NCBI GenBank assembly: GCA_037443085.1
Contig: JBBIPA010000002.1
Location: 13,739 to 77,738 of the forward strand
Length of the DNA: 64,000 bases
From: Chloroflexota bacterium
GTDB taxonomy: Bacteria > Chloroflexota > Dehalococcoidia > GIF9 > UBA5629
Reading direction: 5' to 3'
How positions within the stretch are numbered: the stretch's first letter is position 1; each line of letters opens with the position of its first letter. The position numbers and the translations under genes are program-made. The notes under the pieces were generated by a model. It did no database searches, had not been told where the DNA came from, and worked only from the letters and a program-made list of their open reading frames with translations. Positions 52,821-62,942 of this stretch are shown here, one piece after another.

Positions 52821-54503
52821 TTGAGCCATACCCACTGGAACTTACTGCCACCAGCAGAAAAGCTAATCAATCTGGACGGTGTGCATCCGCTGGTGGCTCA
52901 ATTGCTCCACAATCGTGGCATCTCAGACCCCTCCCAGATCGAGCTTTTCCTCAGCAATGACCGGCGATTAGAAGCTGACCCTTTGCTGCTCCCTGATATG
53001 CCCCGGGCGGTTCTCCGGGCTAATCAGGCGCTGTACTCCGGTGAAAAAATTGCCATCTACGGCGATTTCGATGCCGACGGTATCACTGCCACGGCGCTGC
53101 TGACACAGGGAATCTCCGCTCTCGGCGGCAAAGTCATCCCTTATATCCCACGCCGTTCCGCAGAAGGCTACGGTTTGAAAGCCACGGCGCTGGAAAAGCT
53201 GCACCAGCAGGGGGTGAGCCTGGTCATCACCGTGGATACCGGCATCACTGCCACTGCCGAAGTGGCACATGCCAGGCAACTGGGCATGGACGTCATTGTC
53301 ACCGACCACCATATCCCCCCCAGCCAGTTGCCCGCGGCCGTTGCCGTGGTCAATCCCAAGAGAAGTGACTCCTCCTATCCCCGCTTCGACCTTGCCGGCG
53401 TGGGTGTTGCCTTCAAATTCCTCCAGGCGCTCATCCCGGACAGAGGTCCGCGGCAGGAAATAGTGAACAGTACGCTGGACCTGGTAGCTATGGGCACGGT
53501 GACCGACATGGTGCCGTTACTCGGCGAGAATCGCTACTGGGTAAAGTCAGGATTGGAACTGCTCAATAAGACGCAGCGAGTTGGTCTGCAGGAGCTAATG
53601 CGCTGTGCCAACTTGCAGCCGGGCAAGCTCGATGCCCAGAGTATCTCTTGGACACTGGGTCCGCGCATCAACGCCGCCGGCAGAATCGATAATGCCACTA
53701 CCAGCTACCGGCTGCTGGTGACCGAGAATGTGCAGGAGGCGAGCTTCCTGGCCACGGAGCTGGAGAAAAAGAATGCCGAGCGCATGAAACAGACCAATGA
53801 TCTGATGGCTAAAGCCTGCCAGGCAGTCATCGCCGCCGGCGTGGAGCAGCCATTGCTGCTGGCTGGCGGCGAGGATTATAACTCCGGTGTCATGGGCCTG
53901 GTGGCAGGCAGGCTGGCGGAAAAGTATTACCGCCCCGTCATCCTGCTCAAAATCGGGCAGGAGTTCACCCGGGGCAGCGGGCGCAGCATCGATGAGTTCA
54001 ACCTGATGGCAGCCCTGGAAGCCTGCAGCGACCTGCTCTCCAACTTCGGCGGGCATACCAAGGCCGCCGGCTTCAGCGTGCCCACCACTAGCCTGGAGCA
54101 GTTCCAGCAAAGAATTCTCAACCTGGCAAAGGAAAAACTGGAGGGGCTTGACCTCAAACCGCATGTGGATATCGATGCCGAAGTGTCCCTCTCCGTTTTC
54201 AGTGGTGATACATATCAGCAGATGCAGCAACTGGCGCCTTTCGGCAGCGGCAATCCCGAGCCTGCCTTCCTCAGCCGCAGGGTGGAAGTGCTGGAACAGC
54301 GCTTGGTGGGCACTCAGAACGAACATCTCAGGCTGAAGGTGAGGCAGGTGGGAGTTACCTGGGATGCGATTGGCTTTGGACTGGGAGCCTGCAGCGGCGA
54401 GATGACGCCGTACCTGGATATCGTCTATAACCTGGAGCTGAACCGCTGGAACGGCAACGAGACGTTGCGGCTCAACCTTATCGACTTTGAACCGTCCAAA
54501 TGA
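52821..54503 (+). CDS. recJ: Single-stranded-DNA-specific exonuclease RecJ
   Basis: DHH motifs (IYGDFDADGITA, VTDHH) and a DHHA1 domain (GGGHTKAAG). It begins at a TTG. Confidence 0.85.
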   Translation: MSHTHWNLLPPAEKLINLDGVHPLVAQLLHNRGISDPSQIELFLSNDRRLEADPLLLPDMPRAVLRANQALYSGEKIAIYGDFDADGITATALLTQGISALGGKVIPYIPRRSAEGYGLKATALEKLHQQGVSLVITVDTGITATAEVAHARQLGMDVIVTDHHIPPSQLPAAVAVVNPKRSDSSYPRFDLAGVGVAFKFLQALIPDRGPRQEIVNSTLDLVAMGTVTDMVPLLGENRYWVKSGLELLNKTQRVGLQELMRCANLQPGKLDAQSISWTLGPRINAAGRIDNATTSYRLLVTENVQEASFLATELEKKNAERMKQTNDLMAKACQAVIAAGVEQPLLLAGGEDYNSGVMGLVAGRLAEKYYRPVILLKIGQEFTRGSGRSIDEFNLMAALEACSDLLSNFGGHTKAAGFSVPTTSLEQFQQRILNLAKEKLEGLDLKPHVDIDAEVSLSVFSGDTYQQMQQLAPFGSGNPEPAFLSRRVEVLEQRLVGTQNEHLRLKVRQVGVTWDAIGFGLGACSGEMTPYLDIVYNLELNRWNGNETLRLNLIDFEPSK

Positions 54504-54515
54504 ACCCGCGGGAAA

Positions 54516-55298
54516 CTACTGCGCTGAAGTCTTCCGCCGGTAGAGCCACATCCTGACCAGCAGCAAGGGTACAGTGACCACCAGCATCAGTATGCCGATT
54601 ACCTGAGCCTGTTGCAAGCCGAAAAGATAGGGGTGGTCGCCATCCCGGACGAAGCGTATTAGCAGGTCGCCAGCAGCATAGAAGGCTAAATAGATGAGGA
54701 ATACCGAGCCCTGCGGCTTGAGCCGGCGGCGCAACGCCCATAGCACCCCGAATGCAGCCAGATTCCAGATGATATGGTACATTTGCGTGGGATGGAGTGG
54801 CACACCCAGCGGGGCATAGCTGGCAGGGCAGGTATACCCCACCGCCCAGGGGAACGAGGTGGTCAGCCCATAGCAGCAGCCGTTCAGCACACAGCCCACC
54901 CTGCCGATGGCCATGCCCACCAGTGCACCCGGCGATACCAGATCGGCAATCAGCCAGATGGATAATTGCTTGATCAGGCAATAGATAATAATTGCCAGAA
55001 TCACCCCGATTACCGCCCCGTACACCGCCAGTCCTTCAAAGGTGAAAATCTGTGTGGGGTGAGCAATATAGTAGTCCCACTTATCGATGACATGAATTAC
55101 CCGCGAGAACACCACCCCGCCGATAACCGCCCAGGCGCCCAAGCTGTAGATATGGTCGTCGGCAATGCCCACGCGCTTTGCCTCCAACAAGGTGATGGCG
55201 ATAATCGCGATCACCGCCAGCACCACCATGATGCCATACCATCTCACCTCGATAGGTCCGATGTTGAAAGCGATGGGGCTGATATCAATCTCAATCAT
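54516..55298 (-). CDS. lgt: Prolipoprotein diacylglyceryl transferase
   Basis: Lgt signature region (IGRVGCVLNGCCYG). 260 aa, polytopic. Confidence 0.85.
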   Translation of the reverse strand: MIEIDISPIAFNIGPIEVRWYGIMVVLAVIAIIAITLLEAKRVGIADDHIYSLGAWAVIGGVVFSRVIHVIDKWDYYIAHPTQIFTFEGLAVYGAVIGVILAIIIYCLIKQLSIWLIADLVSPGALVGMAIGRVGCVLNGCCYGLTTSFPWAVGYTCPASYAPLGVPLHPTQMYHIIWNLAAFGVLWALRRRLKPQGSVFLIYLAFYAAGDLLIRFVRDGDHPYLFGLQQAQVIGILMLVVTVPLLLVRMWLYRRKTSAQ

Positions 55299-55307
55299 AG
55301 TTCTCCC

Positions 55308-56255
55308 TTAGCTGGCAAAAATAGCCTCGACAAATGCCCGTGCCTCAAACGGCGCCATGTCATCCACCTGCTCGCCGGTGCCGATATAGGCAATCGGTAT
55401 TTTAAGCTCATCGCTTATTGCCAGCACGATGCCGCCCTTGGCGGTGCCATCGAGCTTGGTCAGAAAAATGCCGTTCACCCCCACCGCTTCAGTGAAATTC
55501 CTGGCTTGCAGCAAGCCGTTCTGCCCCGTGGTGGCATCCATCACCAGCAACACCTCCTGCGGGGCCCGGTACTTGCTGGCTACCCGCTGCACCTTTTTTA
55601 GCTCCTCCATCAGATTAAACTTGGTATGGAGGCGGCCGGCGGTATCCACGATGACTACCTGAGCTTGCCGGTTCTGCGCTGCCTGGATAGCGTCGAATAC
55701 CACCGCTCCGGGGTCGCCGCCGTGCTGATGGGCTACCACCGGCACGCCGATACGCTCGCCCCACAGCTTGAGCTGGTCGATAGCCGCCGCTCTGAAGGTA
55801 TCTGCCGCCGCCAGCACCACCTGCTTTCCTCTATTCCTAAAATCATATGCCAGCTTGGCGATGCTGGTGGTCTTCCCTGAGCCGTTGACGCCAACTACCA
55901 GGACAATCCGCAGAGCCTCACCATCAGAAACAAGTTTGGCGCCGCTGTCGAAGCTCAGCACTCTAACCATTTCCTCTTTTAAGGCGGAGCGCACCTGGGC
56001 GCTTTCGCTCAGTTTCTCCTCTTTCACCCGCTGCTTTACCCTTTGAATCAACTTGCCCGTGGTAGCCACGCCGACGTCCGCAGCGATGAGCAGCTCTTCC
56101 ATCTCGTCCCAGGTTTCGGTTTCTATCTTCGGTCGGTTAAACAGGCTGGCTACCTTGCCAAACCAGCTTTCCCGGCTGCGTTTTACCCCTTGCTCTGTCT
56201 TGCTCAATAATTCCGGCATAGCCATTCCAAAAAACAATCGCAGGTATCTTAACAC
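55308..56255 (-). CDS. ftsY: Signal recognition particle receptor FtsY
   Basis: SRP GTPase NG domain (VVGVNGSGKTTSIAKLA, DTAGR, TKLDG). Confidence 0.9.
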   Translation of the reverse strand: MLRYLRLFFGMAMPELLSKTEQGVKRSRESWFGKVASLFNRPKIETETWDEMEELLIAADVGVATTGKLIQRVKQRVKEEKLSESAQVRSALKEEMVRVLSFDSGAKLVSDGEALRIVLVVGVNGSGKTTSIAKLAYDFRNRGKQVVLAAADTFRAAAIDQLKLWGERIGVPVVAHQHGGDPGAVVFDAIQAAQNRQAQVVIVDTAGRLHTKFNLMEELKKVQRVASKYRAPQEVLLVMDATTGQNGLLQARNFTEAVGVNGIFLTKLDGTAKGGIVLAISDELKIPIAYIGTGEQVDDMAPFEARAFVEAIFAS

Positions 56256-56352
56256 ATCGATTTGAGACGGGCAAAAAGGAAGTGGTCACCTCCAATGTTA
56301 ATGGAGGACTCTAATTGCAGTCATCACTGTTTTCGGGGAAAAGGTCACTACT

Positions 56353-58653
56353 CTAAATCCCCGGCAGACCGCTAAGCAATAGTATGGCGGCTTTTTTATC
56401 CAGAGGTTCGTTGTTGTTGCCGCATTTGGGTGACTGGATGCAACTGGGGCAGCCATCCTGGCAGGGGCATTTCTCTATGGTAACAAGCGTGGCTGCCCAC
56501 AGGTCGGTGATAATGTCGTAGCCCTTTTCCACAATGCCAATCCCGCCGGGATAAGCATCGTAGATAAATATCTGCGCTTTTCCGGTATCAGCATGAAACG
56601 GCGTGGAAACACCGCCGATATCGTTCCTATCGCACAGGGCAAAGAGGGGCAGCAGTGCTATGGCGGCATGCTCGGCAGCATGCAAACCGCCGGCAAAATC
56701 GAGGCGTCTCTCGGCAATCTGGGTAACCGCTTTCTGGGGTAAGTCGAACCACACAGCCTCGGTGATAAAGTGCTGCGGCGGCAAGTCCAGAGGCTCCTCC
56801 CCGATAACCTCCTCGGTGAACTGCCTCTTTTTGCGGAAGCCTACCACGGTAGTGGTAACCTCCACCTCCCCAAAACAGACAGTGGCATCGAGGTGGCGCT
56901 TCTCGCGAGTCAGCTTCAGCACCCTGATATCGGTTAAGTCTTTGGTCTGGGTGTAGTAAGGCACATTTGCCGGGGTTGCCACCGCAATCCGTTTCTCCAG
57001 GTCAAGCTCATTGATGAGATACGCCTCACCCTGATGCAGGTAGATAGCGCCGGGATGCGCCTGGTAAAAGGCTCTGCTGGATTCGATGGTCTCCAGTAGT
57101 TCATAGCCCCGGGAGGTATCGATAATGGCATAGTGCCTGTCGGAAGTCGACCGGATATTGATGTTTTGAGCGGGATGGGCAATGCGGGGCGATAGATACC
57201 ACCGGCTCTTTGCCTTCCTGACCACCCCCTCCTGTTCCAATTCAGCCAGTGCCTGGTAAAGGGCATTGCCGAAATATTTTTCATCGCTCTCGCTCAAAGG
57301 CTGCTCCCAGGCAGCGCAAAGCAGATGCGGTTTCAGGATATTATTGTTTTCCAGATTGATGAGGGCATGCTCACAGGCTTTGCCAAAGAAGTAGTCAGGG
57401 TTATTCATGAAATACTGGTCCAGCGGATTATCCTGGGCAACCAGAAAGCTCAAGGAGCGCTCACCGCTCCTGCCACTCCGCCCCGCTTGCTGCCAGGTGC
57501 TGGCAATGCTGCCGGGATACCCCGCCAGTACGGTAGCATCCAGGTCGCCCACATCAATCCCCAACTCCAGAGCAGTGGTCGCTACCACACCAAGCAGCTT
57601 GCCGTGGAACAGCTCCTGTTCGATCTGCCTCCTGTCCTCGGCAAGATAGCCGGCGCGGTAGGGCTTAATCAGGTCAGCCAACCGGGCGCCCAGATGGTCG
57701 CGACTATAAATACAAATCAGCTCAGCCAGCTTTCGGGTGCGGGCAAAGACGAGGCTGCGGATACTGTGGCGTATCAGCTCGGTGAACAGGAAAGCAGCTT
57801 CACTGCTGGCGCTTCCCCGGATGGATTTCACCTTATCGGCAATAGGGGGATTCCAGAAAATAAAGGACTTGCCCCCGGAGGAAGAGCCGTCTTTATCAAT
57901 TACCTCGAATGTCTCCCCCACCAGCTTCTCGGCATGTTCTTTGGGATTGGCGATAGTCGCCGAGCAGCAGATGAACTGCGGGCTGGAGCCATAGTGCCGG
58001 CACAGCCGCCGCAGCCGCCGCAACACCTGCGCCACATGAGAGCCAAAAACCCCGCGGTATACATGCGCCTCGTCTACCACCACATACTTTAGCTGATTCA
58101 GCAGCTTGGACCATGACTCGTGGTTGGGCAAAATACCCACGTGAAGCATGTCGGGGTTGGTCAGCACTATCCTGCCCCTCTTTTTTATGTCACCACGCTC
58201 AGGCTGCGGCGTGTCCCCATCGAAGGTGGCACATTCCCCGAAGGGCAGCAGGTCGGGGTAAGCCAGCTCGCTTAGCTTTCGTAGCTGGTCCTGAGCCAGA
58301 GCTTTGGTGGGGAAAAGGTAGAGAGCGCGGCTGGCACGGTCGCTCAGCAGCGACTCCAGAACCGGCACGTTGTAGCATAACGTTTTGCCGCTGGCACTGG
58401 CAGTAGCCACCATGACGTTCTTGCCACTGAGTGCATGATTGACCGCCATCGCCTGATGCGTGTACAGAGAAGAAATGCCGGAAGATTCGAGGCGAGACTG
58501 GAGCAGAGGATTGAGAGGTTTATCCAGTATGCCGAAGATGGCATCACGCGGTGGAATATACTGGGTATGGACTATTTGCTGCTCATAATCAGGCAAATCG
58601 ATGAGATGATGAATGAAGGCATCAGCAAGCATGGTAATATACGAAAAAATCAC
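56353..58653 (-). CDS. DEAD/DEAH-box helicase with a C-terminal DUF1998 zinc domain (MrfA/YprA-like)
   Basis: Helicase motifs (TASASGKT, VVDEAH), the HELICc domain, and a C-terminal four-Cys DUF1998 segment CPCQDGCPSCIQSPKCGN. Confidence 0.8.
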   Translation of the reverse strand: MIFSYITMLADAFIHHLIDLPDYEQQIVHTQYIPPRDAIFGILDKPLNPLLQSRLESSGISSLYTHQAMAVNHALSGKNVMVATASASGKTLCYNVPVLESLLSDRASRALYLFPTKALAQDQLRKLSELAYPDLLPFGECATFDGDTPQPERGDIKKRGRIVLTNPDMLHVGILPNHESWSKLLNQLKYVVVDEAHVYRGVFGSHVAQVLRRLRRLCRHYGSSPQFICCSATIANPKEHAEKLVGETFEVIDKDGSSSGGKSFIFWNPPIADKVKSIRGSASSEAAFLFTELIRHSIRSLVFARTRKLAELICIYSRDHLGARLADLIKPYRAGYLAEDRRQIEQELFHGKLLGVVATTALELGIDVGDLDATVLAGYPGSIASTWQQAGRSGRSGERSLSFLVAQDNPLDQYFMNNPDYFFGKACEHALINLENNNILKPHLLCAAWEQPLSESDEKYFGNALYQALAELEQEGVVRKAKSRWYLSPRIAHPAQNINIRSTSDRHYAIIDTSRGYELLETIESSRAFYQAHPGAIYLHQGEAYLINELDLEKRIAVATPANVPYYTQTKDLTDIRVLKLTREKRHLDATVCFGEVEVTTTVVGFRKKRQFTEEVIGEEPLDLPPQHFITEAVWFDLPQKAVTQIAERRLDFAGGLHAAEHAAIALLPLFALCDRNDIGGVSTPFHADTGKAQIFIYDAYPGGIGIVEKGYDIITDLWAATLVTIEKCPCQDGCPSCIQSPKCGNNNEPLDKKAAILLLSGLPGI

Positions 58654-58946
58654 TACGGGCCATGAATAATTTCCATCTCCCGATTCACTATCTCCAGCTC
58701 CGGATAATTCTGGGCAATAAATTTAATAATGCTGGTAATGGTCTCGTCCACATGCTGGTCATGATTGCTCACGCAGCTTATGCCCAGCGTTGTCAGTTGC
58801 CACAGGTCATGGTCGTCAACCTCGGCTACTGATATGTTGTACTGGTTGCGCAGCCTGGAGATGAGGGACTTCACAATACGCCGCTTGTCCTTGAGCGACT
58901 GATTATCGGGGAGGTGAAGCTGGATTCTGCATATGCCGGTATTCAT
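58653..58946 (-). CDS. DUF503 family protein (YlxP-like)
   Basis: 97 aa, with a stop/start overlap with the downstream helicase gene. Confidence 0.7.
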   Translation of the reverse strand: MNTGICRIQLHLPDNQSLKDKRRIVKSLISRLRNQYNISVAEVDDHDLWQLTTLGISCVSNHDQHVDETITSIIKFIAQNYPELEIVNREMEIIHGP

Positions 58947-59122
58947 CTGCTCACTTAAACTAACAGAGGATGGTCGGAATAAGGTTAATTACTCAGCGGC
59001 CTTCTATCAATTGACAGGCCGGACTGTTGCCATAAAACCGGAAACCGTACTTTGCCTGTGCTGTCATTGTAGGTTATAATAACTGTCAGGTCAAATACAA
59101 AAACTATTTTCGACTTTCTCAA

Positions 59123-59674
59123 ATGCCCGATAATAATTCATCAAGCCGACAACGGACAAAAGCCATAATAAGCCTGGTAGCCAGCGTCATCCTGGGATTG
59201 ACATTCATCGCGGCTGGCAGCGGCAAGGTCATTGGCTTTGGCGAGGTGCCGGGACAAACCATAGAATTCATCGGCGACATCCTGCCTGATGCTTTTATCA
59301 CTCCCACCACTGTGTTCATACTCTTTGAAATCTTTATTCCCTATGTACTCCCCGGCTTAGAGTTGCTTTTAGGCATTCTGTTGCTGGTGGGGCTAGTGCC
59401 ACGGCTGATAGCCGTTCTCTACATTCCCCTTACCCTGGCTTTCATAAGCAACAATATCTGGGCAATCAGTCAGGGCATGGACAAGTTTCCTGAATGCGTC
59501 TGTTTCGGTATCTGGGAAAGAATCCTCGGCGGATTAACCCCGGTGCAGGCCCTTGTCTATGACATTTTGCTTTTAATTCTTGCTATAGTTATAATCCTTA
59601 TATATCCAGGCGGATTTCTATCATCGCGAGACTGGCTCACCAGGCTCATGAAGAAGAAGTCTGCCGAAGATTGA
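59123..59674 (+). CDS. DoxX/MauE-like membrane protein
   Basis: Four predicted TM helices, 183 aa. Confidence 0.55.
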   Translation: MPDNNSSSRQRTKAIISLVASVILGLTFIAAGSGKVIGFGEVPGQTIEFIGDILPDAFITPTTVFILFEIFIPYVLPGLELLLGILLLVGLVPRLIAVLYIPLTLAFISNNIWAISQGMDKFPECVCFGIWERILGGLTPVQALVYDILLLILAIVIILIYPGGFLSSRDWLTRLMKKKSAED

Positions 59675-59688
59675 AGGATAGAAAAGCA

Positions 59689-60414
59689 ATGTCGTCGAGA
59701 ACGAACCTCGGCAAACTGGCTGTTCCAGCATTGATTATAGTATTACTGCTGGCTACTGGCTGCACACTTGTGGCACCTCAGCCACCAGCTCCCACTATTA
59801 TTCCACCGCCAGCTCCAGAGACGGAGAACCGCAAACCTGTTATCAACTACATGACGTCCCAGCAACAGGTTACCTCCGCAACCAGCTCGCGGATAACCTG
59901 CGTAGCCTCTGATGCTGATGGAGATACCCTCACCTATGCCTGGTCAGCCGCCAGCGGGACGCTGGTAGGCACGGGAGACACGGTGACCTGGAATTCACCC
60001 GCAGCAACAGGGACGTATACTATTACGGTTACAGTGACCGACAGCAAAGGCGGTCAGGCCAAAGACGCAGTCACCATAGCAGTTGTTGCCAAGCCTAACC
60101 GGACACCGACGGCCACATTGATAGTTACTAAGAGGAATGAGCCACCAGTCACAGTCACGACGGCAACCGAGCTGATAAGGGTGAAGCAATGGAGCACGAC
60201 ATTAATCGAATGTAAAGCCGAAGACCAGGATGGCGACCCACTCACCTATAAATGGTCGGCCACTGACGGCAAAGTTGAGGGTGAAGGCGCTAAGGTGCAA
60301 TACATTGCCACCGCTACAGGTGATATTGCAGTCATGGTTACGGTATCTGACCCCAAAGGGGCACAGGCAAAAACCTCGGTGTATTTCCACGTGCCCTGCT
60401 GCGGCGGATTCTAA
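59689..60414 (+). CDS. Lipoprotein with two PKD/Ig-like domains
   Basis: The start is taken at MSSRTNLGKLAVPALIIVLLLATGC (lipobox LATGC) after a GAAGGA RBS. Two repeated ITCVASDADGDTLTYAWSA and IECKAEDQDGDPLTYKWSA PKD-like modules follow. Confidence 0.6.
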   Translation: MSSRTNLGKLAVPALIIVLLLATGCTLVAPQPPAPTIIPPPAPETENRKPVINYMTSQQQVTSATSSRITCVASDADGDTLTYAWSAASGTLVGTGDTVTWNSPAATGTYTITVTVTDSKGGQAKDAVTIAVVAKPNRTPTATLIVTKRNEPPVTVTTATELIRVKQWSTTLIECKAEDQDGDPLTYKWSATDGKVEGEGAKVQYIATATGDIAVMVTVSDPKGAQAKTSVYFHVPCCGGF

Positions 60415-60442
60415 TATCAGGTTTGAACTAAGCCACGTCTCC

Positions 60443-61165
60443 TCATTGAGACACTAACTTCACTTTACCCCACAAACCTATCCTGTCATCTTTGATGATG
60501 ACCAGCCCCGTAAGCCCGTACTTGTCCCCGGCCTGCTCTATCTCGACATCAATATCCTGTGCACTCATAATATGATTCCCGATAGCAGTGGCTGCCGCAT
60601 CCGCCAGCGATGCAGAGGGAGCCAGGGTAATCACGGCATCGGCCACGCCAAGGCTGAGCGAAGGGCCAACCGTCCCCGATGAAGTGCATATTCCCAGCGG
60701 GGTATCCTCGGCCTCAATTTCCAGAGCGAGCTTGCCGGTAAACGGTGAACTGCCGGCGTAGATACCGATGAGTCGCTTCTTCAGGCTCTTCATGAAGATA
60801 TCACCGCCATTCTCCACAATTACCTCCGGCGAGTAGTCCAGCAAATCCCGGCCCACTGCCTCGGCAATAGCACCAGCCACCGTCGCCATAGGTCCGACAC
60901 CTGCACTTCGAGCCGCGATTGCCATTTCCTTAACGATAGCCGGGGCATCGTTTTCTACAGCAACAGGCTCAAGGCTGTGCAGGAAAAGGGGGTGGCTGGC
61001 AATATACTGTTCCAGCGGCTGGCGGCATTTCTTGATGGACTTGATGACAGTTTGTTTCAGGTTGCTCTGAGCACGGATATGAAGGTCGGTTTCCCTGACC
61101 ACGGCATTGAAGGAAACCAGGTCGCGGTCTTTAATCCAGTGGCGGTACGTTCTGGGCTGATACAT
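60443..61165 (-). CDS. UPF0280 family protein (ApbE-like fold)
   Basis: 240 aa with a conserved GPMATVAGAIAE...GICTSSGTVGPSLSLG pattern. Confidence 0.65.
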   Translation of the reverse strand: MYQPRTYRHWIKDRDLVSFNAVVRETDLHIRAQSNLKQTVIKSIKKCRQPLEQYIASHPLFLHSLEPVAVENDAPAIVKEMAIAARSAGVGPMATVAGAIAEAVGRDLLDYSPEVIVENGGDIFMKSLKKRLIGIYAGSSPFTGKLALEIEAEDTPLGICTSSGTVGPSLSLGVADAVITLAPSASLADAAATAIGNHIMSAQDIDVEIEQAGDKYGLTGLVIIKDDRIGLWGKVKLVSQ

Positions 61166-61234
61166 CTCAGGACATTATGAGAGCTACCGGAGTAAAAAAG
61201 CAAGCTGAAATCAGATTTCCTCAAGCCCAGGGCT

Positions 61235-61645
61235 TTAGAAGCGCAAATCCATGGCGCGGGGCGGACAGGCTTTGACACACAATTCGCATACCACGCACTT
61301 GGTATCGTCAAATTTTACTTTCCTGGTGCCCTTTTCAACAGTAAAAGCAGCGGTCGGACACAGGGTGATACAGGCACCGCAGTGAGTACATCTCGCCTCA
61401 TTGCGCACCACATCCTGGCTGAGCGACTGTATCTTCACCCCGGCATCGGTAAGATACTTCACACCTTTATCATAGTCCGCCTTTTTTCCAGTCAATTCCA
61501 TGATAAGAAGACCCTCTTCGCCAGGAGTAACCGAGGCCTTGAGTATATTGAAGTCCAGATTAAAATCTCTCACCAGATGACTCACTATCGGCTTGTCCAC
61601 CGAACGTGGTGGGAAATGCAATACTAATCTTCTGGAAACTGCCAT
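61235..61645 (-). CDS. NIL-domain 4Fe-4S ferredoxin, the partner protein in sulfide-dependent homocysteine biosynthesis
   Basis: N-terminal NIL domain plus CTHCGACITLCP and CVVCELCVKACP. Confidence 0.75.
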   Translation of the reverse strand: MAVSRRLVLHFPPRSVDKPIVSHLVRDFNLDFNILKASVTPGEEGLLIMELTGKKADYDKGVKYLTDAGVKIQSLSQDVVRNEARCTHCGACITLCPTAAFTVEKGTRKVKFDDTKCVVCELCVKACPPRAMDLRF

Positions 61646-61663
61646 CTGCTACCTCCTTCAATG

Positions 61664-62866
61664 CTATATAGGACGCTCCTGGAGCGGTTTGATTACCACA
61701 CCGGATTCCACTCCAGGCAAGGGCGCTACCATCTCTGTAAGCAAAAACTCACCGCTTTTTATCCATTGCTTTAGAGTAGCGGCGATCTCCACCGCTTTGG
61801 GGTAACTGGATAGCGATGCGGTGGGCACCTCTTTGCCCTGAACCATTATTTTACCACTTTTCAGTTCTGTATAGTTGACCTCGCCCAGAATATCCGGCTT
61901 CCGCTGGGGGTACGCCTCGGAATAATCGATAATAGGTGCATAGATGTCACTATCCGTTACCAGGGTGAACTTTAGTATTTCCTCCGAGAGAATGGGAATC
62001 GGGACACCGATGCCTACTGTTATGGTAGCTCCATAGCCGAGGAAGCTGGTACCTACCAGCCAATGCGGCTTCATCTGCTTAAGGTCGCCAATTACCGCCA
62101 GCGTGCCTCCCGGTCTCTTGGGGACGCCATTTTCTCCTCGAGGAACACCGGGATTATGCTGTGTGCCCTGCCAGGCAACATAGCCCACACCACCACCCAG
62201 AAATATCCTGGTGCCGACACCGATAGTTTTGTAACGCGGGTCATTGAGCAACGGGGAAAGCTGACCGGCGCTGCAAAAATTGGCATTAGCCAGCCTGGGC
62301 TTGAGCACACCCATATAGGTGTAAATAATGCGGTCGGACAGATTGACGGCGACACCATAGTTCTGATAGGCATTTCTGACATCGAACAGAACCGCCTCAT
62401 TAACCTCTTTAATGTTAATCAGCGTTTCCAGTTTCTTCCGGGGATAGCAGTCAGTCCCGTAAGCTGTCGCCACCAGCCGGATGTCCTTTCCTGCTACCAG
62501 TTCCTCGATGACATGGCCACCACCGTAGTTGAATTCGCCCGGATATATTCTGTTTCTGGGGTCATCGTCAGGTATGGCGGTCGCCCCCAGAAAGATATCC
62601 ACGGCAGCCAAGCCGGTATAGACCGGAACGTCGTTAAGGGTTACCTTGCCGCCACCAAGCTTGATTCTTGGCTTGGTATGCCCCACATTGAGATAGGCGC
62701 CCGAGCTGCACATCGGCCCGAAGGTACCGGTGGTCACCACATCAACCTCCTCAGCAGCCTTGCTGATGCCCTTCTTCTTGGCGATATTAATTATCTCTTC
62801 AGCAGTTACCACCACCGCCTTGCCTTTTTTAATTTTCTCGTTGATCTCGGCAATTGTCTTCGGCAT
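61664..62866 (-). CDS. DUF39 homocysteine biosynthesis protein (MA1821-like)
   Basis: DUF39 pattern (VVTTGTFGPMCSSGAYLN...), 400 aa, with a GGAGGTGA RBS. Confidence 0.8.
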   Translation of the reverse strand: MPKTIAEINEKIKKGKAVVVTAEEIINIAKKKGISKAAEEVDVVTTGTFGPMCSSGAYLNVGHTKPRIKLGGGKVTLNDVPVYTGLAAVDIFLGATAIPDDDPRNRIYPGEFNYGGGHVIEELVAGKDIRLVATAYGTDCYPRKKLETLINIKEVNEAVLFDVRNAYQNYGVAVNLSDRIIYTYMGVLKPRLANANFCSAGQLSPLLNDPRYKTIGVGTRIFLGGGVGYVAWQGTQHNPGVPRGENGVPKRPGGTLAVIGDLKQMKPHWLVGTSFLGYGATITVGIGVPIPILSEEILKFTLVTDSDIYAPIIDYSEAYPQRKPDILGEVNYTELKSGKIMVQGKEVPTASLSSYPKAVEIAATLKQWIKSGEFLLTEMVAPLPGVESGVVIKPLQERPI

Positions 62867-62927
62867 CTCAGGTCACCTCCTTCGTCTCGTTCTCACAACG
62901 TGAGCACTCTATTATAATGCAAGCCTA

Positions 62928-62942
62928 CCCATTAATAATGGG
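62928..62942. promoter_or_regulatory. Perfect palindrome CCCATTA-A-TAATGGG in the promoter region of the DUF39 operon; a candidate operator.
   Basis: A 7-1-7 inverted repeat about 10 nt upstream of a TATAAT on the minus strand (plus 62911-62916). Confidence 0.3.

Noticed and set aside
56353-58653. A DISARM-like defence system based on the DUF1998 helicase
   Set aside because: The helicase and DUF1998 are fused in one MrfA/YprA-like protein. No methyltransferase, PLD nuclease or DrmB-like gene is nearby, and the surrounding genes are housekeeping (ftsY, lgt, recJ).
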